A stretch of 40,582 nucleotides of DNA, from IMG/VR virus record IMGVR_UViG_3300017747_004204, positions 1-40,582 of that record; one strand, given 5' to 3'. Both the position numbers and the translations under genes were made by a program. Source of the DNA: a virus (taxonomy: Duplodnaviria > Caudoviricetes). Shown piece after piece: positions 7,597 through 14,364 of this stretch (positions are counted from its first letter, which is position 1; each line of letters opens with the position of its first letter). The notes beneath the pieces are model-generated. The model did not search any database. It was given only the letters and a program-made list of their open reading frames with translations, and was not told the origin of the DNA.

Positions 7597-8640
7597 ATGA
7601 GACATCTTGATCTTTTCTCCGGCATCGGAGGCTTCGCTCTCGCCGCACGCGAAGTCTGGGGCGAGGCGCACGAGATAGTCGGCTTCTGCGACAACGATTC
7701 CTTCTGCCAGAACGTCCTCGCTAAAAACTTCCCTGGAGTACCTATCTATGGCGACATTCGAGAACTCACCGCAGATCGACTGGCTGCCGACGCCATCGGT
7801 TCACGAGCCCGGCTGGAAGTACAGGACGCCTGTGGACAGAAACGGCAATCCTCCGACGCATCCTCACCAACGCTGGTACGACAAAGAAACAGGAAGAATG
7901 ATGCAAAAGGGATTGCAGCAAGTCATCGAGCGCGTATCGACCTACTCACCGGGGGCTTTCCCTGCCAACCATTCTCCAATGCCGGAAAAAAACGCGGCGA
8001 TAAAGATGACCGTTACCTCTGGCCTGAAATGCTTCGCGTCATCCGAGAAACGAAGCCAACTTGGATCATTGGCGAAAACGTTGCTGGAATCGTCCGCATG
8101 GCACTCGACCAAGTGTGCGCTGACCTGGAAGGAGAAGGCTACGCCGTCCAACCGTTTATTATTCCGGCTGCTGCCGTCGGCGCACCGCACCGAAGGGACA
8201 GGGTGTGGATCGTCGCTCGCCGCGGCTCCGACCGTGAACGGAAATTACAATCGCAAGGGGGCGAGCAAGCATTCGGGGGACGGCCTGGCCACGCAAATAG
8301 CAATGCTTCCGACTCCGCGCGCGGCCGACTCCGACAAGAACCTGCGAACGCAGGAGGGCGCGAACCGGGAGCTGGAGCGGAAGGGGATCAGCGGCTCGGA
8401 TCTGCCCTCCGTTCTTTCCAGCGCAGCGAATGGGGCCGCGACTGGCGTGAGGTTGCGCTTGAAACCTGCCATGACGGAGTGGATGATGGGGTACCCAAAA
8501 GGATGGCTCGACTTCCCGATGGTTCCGAAATCTCCGAAGCCGCGCTCAGGCGCGAAAGCCTTAAGGCGTACGGCAACGCCATCGTCCCGCAAGTCGCTGT
8601 AGAGATCATGCGAGCAATTAAAGTAGCTAACCACCCCTAA
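7597..8640 (+). CDS. C5-cytosine DNA methyltransferase, alpha polypeptide (motifs I-VIII and X)
   Basis: DLFSGIGGF (I), GGFPCQPFS (IV), ENVAG (VI), HRRDRVWIV (VIII), LKAYGNAIVPQVA (X); no motif IX in this frame. Confidence 0.93.
   Translation: MRHLDLFSGIGGFALAAREVWGEAHEIVGFCDNDSFCQNVLAKNFPGVPIYGDIRELTADRLAADAIGSRARLEVQDACGQKRQSSDASSPTLVRQRNRKNDAKGIAASHRARIDLLTGGFPCQPFSNAGKKRGDKDDRYLWPEMLRVIRETKPTWIIGENVAGIVRMALDQVCADLEGEGYAVQPFIIPAAAVGAPHRRDRVWIVARRGSDRERKLQSQGGEQAFGGRPGHANSNASDSARGRLRQEPANAGGREPGAGAEGDQRLGSALRSFQRSEWGRDWREVALETCHDGVDDGVPKRMARLPDGSEISEAALRRESLKAYGNAIVPQVAVEIMRAIKVANHP
7748..8602 (+). CDS. Nested +1-frame ORF: putative methyltransferase beta polypeptide carrying motif IX
   Basis: 284 open codons inside the MTase gene; LPTP repeats and RLKPAMTEWMMGYPKGW; ATG in TATG context. 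A later start cannot be excluded. Confidence 0.75.
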   Translation: MATFENSPQIDWLPTPSVHEPGWKYRTPVDRNGNPPTHPHQRWYDKETGRMMQKGLQQVIERVSTYSPGAFPANHSPMPEKNAAIKMTVTSGLKCFASSEKRSQLGSLAKTLLESSAWHSTKCALTWKEKATPSNRLLFRLLPSAHRTEGTGCGSSLAAAPTVNGNYNRKGASKHSGDGLATQIAMLPTPRAADSDKNLRTQEGANRELERKGISGSDLPSVLSSAANGAATGVRLRLKPAMTEWMMGYPKGWLDFPMVPKSPKPRSGAKALRRTATPSSRKSL

Positions 8641-8661
8641 CCCCTGTTTAGAAGAGTGAAT

Positions 8662-8823
8662 ATGAGAACCGTGAGCATAGTGTCCGACGCCGTTTTCCTA
8701 GCCTGGGCTATTCTGCGCCTGACTTTCCATATCGGTTCTGGGAATACAGGCTGGGCTGCTGCTTTCGGAGCCTTCGTTCTATTCGCAGTAATCTCCCTTG
8801 TAGCTGGTATCTACGTTAAATAA
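8662..8823 (+). CDS. Small two-TM membrane protein (53 aa, not in ORF track)
   Basis: Manual translation MRTVSIVSDAVFLAWAILRL...AFVLFAVISLVAGIYVK. Confidence 0.6.
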   Translation: MRTVSIVSDAVFLAWAILRLTFHIGSGNTGWAAAFGAFVLFAVISLVAGIYVK

Positions 8824-8911
8824 CCACCCTCCCCTGAGTACCTGGAACTCCCTCCAGCTACTCAGGATGGGTGTCAATCGGAAAGCCGAGATTCAATAAT
8901 CACTATCTATT

Positions 8912-9280
8912 ATGTCCAAAGAAATCTTGATCGATGGAAAGAAGTACGTTCCTGCCGACAGCGTTCCGAACGCAGCTCCTGCGAAGTCTGTGAAAGGCAT
9001 GAAGTACTGCCTCGTCCGTGGGTATCAGTCGGGCGTATGGGCTGGATATGTCAAAGAACAGGAAGGGGCGAAGGTTATTCTCATGAACCCTCGCAACATC
9101 TGGTATTGGAAGGGCGCTGCTTCTCTCGCTCAGCTTTCTCAGGAAGGGATTAAAGACCTCAAAGAAAGCAAGATCACTCAAGAAATTCCTGAAATGACCC
9201 TGCTCGATGCGAATACGGTTGTCCAGTGCTCGGAGCAGGCACGTCAGGTCATTACCGACGCTCCTGTATGGAAAGCCTAA
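8912..9280 (+). CDS. DUF6948-like phage protein
   Basis: YCLVRGYQSGVWAGYV...V.LMNPRNIWYWKGAASLAQLSQEGI pattern, recognised from memory of the family. Confidence 0.7.
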   Translation: MSKEILIDGKKYVPADSVPNAAPAKSVKGMKYCLVRGYQSGVWAGYVKEQEGAKVILMNPRNIWYWKGAASLAQLSQEGIKDLKESKITQEIPEMTLLDANTVVQCSEQARQVITDAPVWKA

Positions 9281-9618
9281 AGAATTACGGCTACGGCTAC
9301 GGCAACGGCAACGGCTACGGCTACGGCGACGGCAACGGCTACGGCTACGGCGACGGCTACGGCAACGGCTACGGCAACGGCAACGGCTACGGCTACGGCT
9401 ACGGCGACGGCTACGGCAACGGCAACGGCTACGGCTACGGCGACGGCAACGGCGACGGCTACGGCGACGGCTACGGCAACGGCTACGGCAACGGCAACGG
9501 CTACGGCAACGGCAACGGCTACGGCTACGGCTACGGCGACGGCTACGGCAACGGCAACGGCTACGGCTACGGCGACGGCAACGGCTACGGCAACGGCTAC
9601 GGCGTTGTCAGGTGGTAG
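9268..9618 (+). CDS. Gly-Tyr/Asn/Asp low-complexity repeat protein (116 aa)
   Basis: ATG 9268 (TATG) overlaps the upstream gene end; MESLKN-(XG)53-VVRW with X = Y/N/D. Confidence 0.65.
   Translation: MESLKNYGYGYGNGNGYGYGDGNGYGYGDGYGNGYGNGNGYGYGYGDGYGNGNGYGYGDGNGDGYGDGYGNGYGNGNGYGNGNGYGYGYGDGYGNGNGYGYGDGNGYGNGYGVVRW
9286..9603 (+). repeat. Hexanucleotide tandem repeat (DACGGC)x53
   Basis: 318 bp; only the first base of each unit varies (T/A/G). Confidence 0.97.
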
Positions 9619-9654
9619 ATCAAACGACCACCCAAGGCAACTTGGGGGTCCGAA

Positions 9655-9758
9655 GCTGTGGTGGCGGAATACAGACGCCTTTACCCACAAAGAATGACAA
9701 CGCTATTGGGAAATCGCGGGAGTCATTTATGCGAGGGTGAAAGTCCCTCGCCCACAGC
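9655..9758 (+). ncRNA. tRNA-Leu-like module 1 (no canonical anticodon arm, no CCA)
   Basis: Acceptor GCTGTGG/CCACAGC, T8G9, D-arm GCG-GAATACAGA-CGC, T-arm GCGAGGG-TGAAAGT-CCCTCGC. Confidence 0.65.
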
Positions 9759-9838
9759 TTCGGGCCTCAAAGACCCGCGTCCTAATCACGACGTTAAAAG
9801 GCTTGCTCGGTAGGTGATTCATCTCCACCTGGGCTGGT

Positions 9839-10045
9839 GACGATGTGGCGGAATAGGTAACGCACTGAAAATCGGCGGGGAGGGGGTTACTGGCTTGAAG
9901 AAGCACGCAGAGCTGCAATACCCGGGCGTGCTGATAGGTCTTCAGGAACACCACACTGCCTTCTGACAGTCTCCTAGCAGGTTGGGCGGTTTGCCGACTA
10001 CCGAAGGCCCACGCTGCGAGGTGTAAATCCTCGCCATCGTCACCA
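9839..10045 (+). ncRNA. tRNA-Leu-like module 2 with a ~150-nt structured insert and encoded ACCA end
   Basis: Acceptor GACGATG/CATCGTC plus A-CCA, D-arm GCG-GAATAGGTAA-CGC, T-arm GCGAGG-TGTAAAT-CCTCGC. Confidence 0.7.
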
Positions 10046-10210
10046 CCCGCCACGGGTTCGGGAAGAAAATCATCAGTGCTTATATCACTGGTGGCCATAG
10101 GTTCACTTCCCGAATCCTTGGCGGGTGAAACCGCGCATATGCACACACTGGACTAGTTCGATCGGCACTCACCACCTCTGTGTGGTGCGTCGCCGAGAGG
10201 GTGTAGAACG

Positions 10211-10305
10211 ATACTCGTAGGCACAACGGGGCCGGGCAACTGAGACTTGCCCACCAGGGTTCTAGGAATCCCCTGTATGCGTAGTTCAATCCTACGTTGA
10301 GTATC
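10211..10305 (+). tRNA. Non-canonical tRNA-Leu(GAG)-like cloverleaf (module 3)
   Basis: Acceptor ATACTCG/TGAGTAT, D-stem GGC/GCC, anticodon arm GGCAA-CTGAGAC-TTGCC, long variable arm, T-arm GCGTAG-TTCAATC-CTACGT; no CCA. Confidence 0.6.
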
Positions 10306-10622
10306 GGAACATCTGCCCTCTCTCGGCGGTGCAGCAATGCCCGCAGTCAGCTTGTACGTCAGGACTTAAACAAGACGTGGAAAAATCCGATTCCGGATCA
10401 GCAACGAAGGGCAGGGCGAAAGCTCGAACCCAGGCGGCCTGCCGGAAAGGTCGGAGATGTGATGATGGTGCGCCGCTGCTTGGCAACATCATCGTCCGTC
10501 GCCTCTCCCGATGAAGGTTCCCCATGCCGTTTGATGCACGGCTAAGGACGCAAGGAAGTGATTCCGCCTTCATCGGGGTAGGCGCCGTCAGACAGACTAA
10601 GTAAACGTATGAATAATTAAAA

Positions 10623-10748
10623 ATGGAAATCTTTGCTGCGCTATCTCCTATCTGGATTGGCTGCGCTCTCATGTTCATTTTTCACAAGCCTTCACTATTC
10701 ATTGGGGGATTACTGGTCTCGCTTCTAATGCTGATTAGACTGCTATGA
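10623..10748 (+). CDS. Small membrane protein (41 aa, not in ORF track)
   Basis: Manual translation MEIFAALSPIWIGCALMFIF...GGLLVSLLMLIRLL. Confidence 0.5.
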   Translation: MEIFAALSPIWIGCALMFIFHKPSLFIGGLLVSLLMLIRLL

Positions 10749-10799
10749 ACTCTATTTGGAGAGAAAATTCATCACGTCTTCGGTAGCGCGTGGTGTGCA

Positions 10800-11033
10800 T
10801 TGGCTAGTTTCCAACGGCTCAGGAGGCGTCAGACATCATTCGTAAACGTAATGGAGGGTATGGAGGCAGCAATCGACTACTTCAATTTCAAAGAAGGCAC
10901 GATGACGGAGGAGATGCGTAAACAGGTCGAGAAATACGGGCATCCATACAGGGTCAGTAAGGCCACTTTTACAAAATTCATCCAGTACGCCCATTGTCCA
11001 AATTGTGGACACTCTACCCGTAAATATCTATGA
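10800..11033 (+). CDS. Hypothetical protein with C-terminal CPNC; start uncertain
   Basis: Stop is ATGA-coupled to the next gene. Confidence 0.5.
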   Translation: MASFQRLRRRQTSFVNVMEGMEAAIDYFNFKEGTMTEEMRKQVEKYGHPYRVSKATFTKFIQYAHCPNCGHSTRKYL

Positions 11034-11305
11034 CCACACCCCGAGAAACACTGGAGAGTTTGATCGATAGGAACCTTAAAAAACAATACAAGCAAGAGGG
11101 GGCACACGATGGGTTTGTTGAAGTCGTGGCGCAAGAAGCATACGCCCTCGGGCGGCAAGAAGCGTTGGAGGAGATCAGGGAAGATGTGAAAGCCATCGAA
11201 TATGCTCGAATTAGCGGGTACTCGATGGTCAACCGCGATCAGGTTATTTCTTCTATCGACAAGGCTAGCTCCCTCCAATCACCTAACCCCTCTAAGAAGG
11301 AGTGA
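11030..11305 (+). CDS. Hypothetical accessory protein
   Basis: TATG start; helical AYALGRQEALEEI motif. Confidence 0.65.
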   Translation: MTTPRETLESLIDRNLKKQYKQEGAHDGFVEVVAQEAYALGRQEALEEIREDVKAIEYARISGYSMVNRDQVISSIDKASSLQSPNPSKKE

Positions 11306-11309
11306 AGAT

Positions 11310-11474
11310 ATGAAATACTTCGTCATTCGATGTTTGTCATGTATCCTGGTTGGCCTGTGTTTTGCAGCGTACGCGAACCTACAAGACAGCGGGATAGTTC
11401 GGTTCATTCCTCTTGTCCTATCCGTTGGTGTAATAGAGCTTTACGCTTGGGCGGCGTATAAAAACCGCCGTTAA
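11310..11474 (+). CDS. Small two-TM membrane protein
   Basis: AGGAG SD and ATG 11310; two hydrophobic segments. Confidence 0.6.
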   Translation: MKYFVIRCLSCILVGLCFAAYANLQDSGIVRFIPLVLSVGVIELYAWAAYKNRR

Positions 11475-11487
11475 TAGGAGTGAAGAT

Positions 11488-11925
11488 ATGACGAACAGCT
11501 ACGGGGAGGGGATTGCAAGCACGGAAAACAAAATTGTCGATCTCATCGAAGAACACGAAGGCCCGATTTATTTCAAAGAAGAACTTGTTAGCCTGATCGA
11601 CCGCGCCTGCGCCCTCTCCATCCTCGAAGGCAAGAGGCAACAGCATGAGGAGGTGAAAAAACTAATCACCCAACACGCTTGGATTGCGTACATCAGCCGT
11701 GACGAGATGGCACTGTCGAAGGCTGATATTGTCAAGTACCAAAAAGACAAAGGCTCGTGTGAAATCGGTCGGAGGATGCTCGATGAAGGTTTTATGAGGG
11801 TTGGTATGGACCCCGATCCGGAAAATGAAAACCTTATTCTACGTTTGAAAGTCTGGACGATTGATCCTAAAGCCCTCGCCTCCCTCTCGCCGGGGGAAGA
11901 GGGGACAAGGAATAAGATAGAATAG
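11488..11925 (+). CDS. Hypothetical accessory protein
   Basis: AGGAG SD; 145-aa ORF. Confidence 0.7.
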   Translation: MTNSYGEGIASTENKIVDLIEEHEGPIYFKEELVSLIDRACALSILEGKRQQHEEVKKLITQHAWIAYISRDEMALSKADIVKYQKDKGSCEIGRRMLDEGFMRVGMDPDPENENLILRLKVWTIDPKALASLSPGEEGTRNKIE

Positions 11926-11936
11926 TCAAAACCACT

Positions 11937-13139
11937 ATGGGCCAGATCCTCAAGGGCTATAAAGCAAAACTCTACCCCACAAAAGCCCAAGAGCAGGCTC
12001 TATTGCAGTACATCGGCGGTAGCAGGTTTATCTATAACTACTTACTGGATCTGAAAACAACGGTCTACCGGGATGCAGGTAAGAACATGAATTTCCAGGC
12101 CCTTTCCAAAGAGGTGAAGTGGCTTAGGCGTGAATTTTCATGGCTCGCGGATGTTCCGACGGATATTTTAAACCAGTCTGTTAGAAACCTTGATGCAGCC
12201 TTTAGCAACTTCTTCCGTAACACCGCCGCCTATCCTGTCTTCAAAAGGAAACATTCAAAACAAAGATTCAGGAAGCAACGCGGATGGCGTACTGAGGGTT
12301 CTCGGATTTTCATCAGTGAAACCATCGACGTGAGATTCCGTGGCGATTTTCCAGTGAGGGGGAAAATACTCACGGTTTCCAAAGAGGCGAACGGATCTTG
12401 GTGGATCTCAACGGACCTAGAGGAAAATAGAGACCCATCGGAACTTAAAGACGATTGTCTTGGAGTCGATCTAGGACTGATGCACCTAGCTATTACGAGC
12501 GACGGTGATAAGTACGAAAATCTGCGTGTTGGGAGCGGACTTGATAAGCGGATCAAGGCCGCTTCTCAAGCCCTTTCACGAACACGAAAGGGGAGCAAGC
12601 GTAGGGCAAAGGCCAAACTTAGGCTGGCTCGGCTGCACAAAAAGGTCGCCAATGTGAGGAAGAACCATCTGCACCACGTCTCAAAGGCAATCGTCGGTAA
12701 AAACCACGCCACGATCGCCGTAGAGGACTTGGGAGTGTGTGGAATGGTCAAGAATAGAAAGCTAGCTAAATCGATTACAAACGCATCCTGGGGCGAACTG
12801 GTGCGGCAGCTAACGTATAAGCAGGCTTGGAAGGGTGGTAGAACGGTCAAGATTGATCGATTCTACCCAAGCTCAAAGACCTGTCATGACTGCCACTATG
12901 TCGCCCAAAAGATGCCCCTAGAGCTTCGAGAGTGGGAGTGTCCTAAATGCTTGATGAAGCATGACCGGGACGTGAACGCGGCTAAAGTCATTAAAGCAGC
13001 CGGGGAACGGCTGTGCGTGGAGGGTACGGAAGGGACTCGCAAGATCCGTCTTGTGAGGAAGATTACCGGCCCTATGAAGCGCGGATCTGATCGAAAGATC
13101 AAAATTCCCATAAATAAAGCGAATGGCCCCCGGCTATAA
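11937..13139 (+). CDS. tnpB: IS200/IS605-family RNA-guided endonuclease TnpB
   Basis: KGYKAKLYPT...RFIYNY N-terminus, RuvC-I GVDLG, RuvC-II AVEDL, zinc finger SSKTCHDC..WECPKC, RuvC-III HDRDVNAA. Confidence 0.95.
   Translation: MGQILKGYKAKLYPTKAQEQALLQYIGGSRFIYNYLLDLKTTVYRDAGKNMNFQALSKEVKWLRREFSWLADVPTDILNQSVRNLDAAFSNFFRNTAAYPVFKRKHSKQRFRKQRGWRTEGSRIFISETIDVRFRGDFPVRGKILTVSKEANGSWWISTDLEENRDPSELKDDCLGVDLGLMHLAITSDGDKYENLRVGSGLDKRIKAASQALSRTRKGSKRRAKAKLRLARLHKKVANVRKNHLHHVSKAIVGKNHATIAVEDLGVCGMVKNRKLAKSITNASWGELVRQLTYKQAWKGGRTVKIDRFYPSSKTCHDCHYVAQKMPLELREWECPKCLMKHDRDVNAAKVIKAAGERLCVEGTEGTRKIRLVRKITGPMKRGSDRKIKIPINKANGPRL
12996..13122 (+). ncRNA. Candidate TnpB omegaRNA overlapping the tnpB 3' end
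   Basis: Stems CAGCCG/CGGCTG, GCGTGGAGGG/CCCTATGAAGCGC, CTCGCAAGA/TCTTGTGAG and TGATC-GAAA-GATCA ending in TCAA (13099-13102); boundaries inferred. Confidence 0.55.
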
Positions 13140-13147
13140 AACACCCT

Positions 13148-13981
13148 ATGACCCACCAATCCCCTGAGAAGCGGTGCGAGAGGTGCGTAGATGGAAAGGT
13201 CTACGCAGGACGTGACGCTGGTTTCATCCTAAAGGCGTGTCCGTCTTGTGAACCTAAGACCGAGTGCTTTGCCTGCCAAGGATATAACTACGTCTGTTCA
13301 GCGTCAGGTAAATCCCCGTGCACTGATCCCCACAGGGTTTTAGAGAAAGGTGGGATGGCACAGCACGATTGGATTCCCTGCCCCTCCTGCACCCCCTCTC
13401 CTGCCTCTACACCATGCACAAAATGTTCTAGTGAGTACGGAACCTGCAAAGATTGCATGAATAAAACCGCATATGCACCCTCTACAGAGGAGGCGGGGAA
13501 GGAAGGAAAAACTGTGCTTGATGCCTGCTGTGGATCTCGGATGTTTTGGCTCGACCGTCAAGACCCACGCGCTGTTTTTATGGACATCCGTGATGAAGAA
13601 CACGTCCTATGCGATGGACGCACGTTGAAAGTAGCGCCGGATACCGTAGGGGATTTTCGAGCTATGCCATTCCCTGACAGAGCCTTTAAACTCGTTGTTT
13701 TCGATCCACCGCATCTACTTAAGGCCGGATCGGAAAGCTGGATGGCAAAGAAGTACGGACTGCTCGACCGCGAGACGTGGCAAGCCGATATTCTCGGAGG
13801 CTTCAACGAGTGTTGGCGCGTGCTGGACGACTGGGGAACGCTGATCTTCAAGTGGAGCGAAAGAGACGTGAAGGTTAAAACTGTTCTTGGTCTCCTCCCT
13901 GAACGGCCGTTGTTCGGTCATCCGTCTGGCAAAGCAGGAATGACACACTGGCTCTGTTTTCTTAAGCAACCGACCCCATGA
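13148..13981 (+). CDS. SAM-dependent (amino-type) DNA methyltransferase with Cys-rich N-terminal extension
   Basis: VLDACCGSRMFW, LVVFDPPHL, GTLIFKWSE, THWLCF; several CxxC motifs in the first ~110 aa. Confidence 0.85.
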   Translation: MTHQSPEKRCERCVDGKVYAGRDAGFILKACPSCEPKTECFACQGYNYVCSASGKSPCTDPHRVLEKGGMAQHDWIPCPSCTPSPASTPCTKCSSEYGTCKDCMNKTAYAPSTEEAGKEGKTVLDACCGSRMFWLDRQDPRAVFMDIRDEEHVLCDGRTLKVAPDTVGDFRAMPFPDRAFKLVVFDPPHLLKAGSESWMAKKYGLLDRETWQADILGGFNECWRVLDDWGTLIFKWSERDVKVKTVLGLLPERPLFGHPSGKAGMTHWLCFLKQPTP

Positions 13982-14364
13982 CCCCCAACGAAACCAATCC
14001 CGTCCCCACGGAGAGTAGGTGCGCCGTTACAGGTGACGAAGCCTTGTTCAGCCATAGTTGTCCGAATCCTTACGACCACGTCCCTCCTCCAGAGGTGGGC
14101 GAGTGGGAGGAACGTTTCGACAAGACCTTCGGAACCCGCTGGATCAACGCCGAACACGGTCCAGGGGAAATAAAGTCCTTCATCCGTTCCGTATTATCCT
14201 CCCTATCCTCTGCCTTTCAGAAGAAAAGCGAGAAACACAATATGGAGCACTACGATCTCGGCGTGAAACACGGCATTGAGTTGGAGAAGGAATCTGCTGC
14301 ACGAAAGGCTAGGACTGCCAAAATCGTTGCAGATGCCGACAGGATTAAGAAGAAGCATCTATGA
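13978..14364 (+). CDS. Hypothetical accessory protein (WExxFDKxF...IKSFI type)
   Basis: ATGA-coupled; motif shared with 15168..15497. Confidence 0.7.
   Translation: MTPNETNPVPTESRCAVTGDEALFSHSCPNPYDHVPPPEVGEWEERFDKTFGTRWINAEHGPGEIKSFIRSVLSSLSSAFQKKSEKHNMEHYDLGVKHGIELEKESAARKARTAKIVADADRIKKKHL

Larger units (their letters stand above)
9630..10590 (+). ncRNA. Array of structured non-coding RNA modules, including tRNA-like elements
   Basis: No credible ORF; long self-closing stems at about 9645-9768, 9831-10048, 10046-10125, 10141-10188, 10191-10328, 10386-10455, 10461-10493 and 10500-10584. Confidence 0.75.

Noticed and set aside
9260-9285. Programmed -1 frameshift fusing the DUF6948-like gene to the GY repeat
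   Set aside because: No canonical X XXY YYZ slippery heptamer; translational coupling at ATG 9268 is simpler
9286-9603. AAC/TAC/GAC variation as DGR adenine mutagenesis, or the tract as a CRISPR array
   Set aside because: No reverse transcriptase or template/variable pair, the second A never varies, and there are no spacers
9207-9740. Poly-Arg ORF 9207..9740 and antisense poly-(Ala-Val) ORF 9277..9690
   Set aside because: Alternative readings of a stop-free hexamer repeat; the Gly-X frame has the coupled TATG start
9839-10045. Module 2 as tmRNA or a group I intron-containing tRNA
   Set aside because: It has a D-stem, lacks G3:U70 and an Ala-ending tag, and the ~150-nt insert shows no recognisable group I core
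9727-10678. Short ORFs called on both strands across the RNA array
   Set aside because: No motifs, atypical composition, mostly non-ATG starts and mutual overlap; base-pairing explains the region better
10745-10800. Possible frameshift joining ATG 10745 to ORF 10800..11033
   Set aside because: A 1-nt indel near GAGAGAAAA would fuse them, but this cannot be told apart from an internal start without reads or homologs
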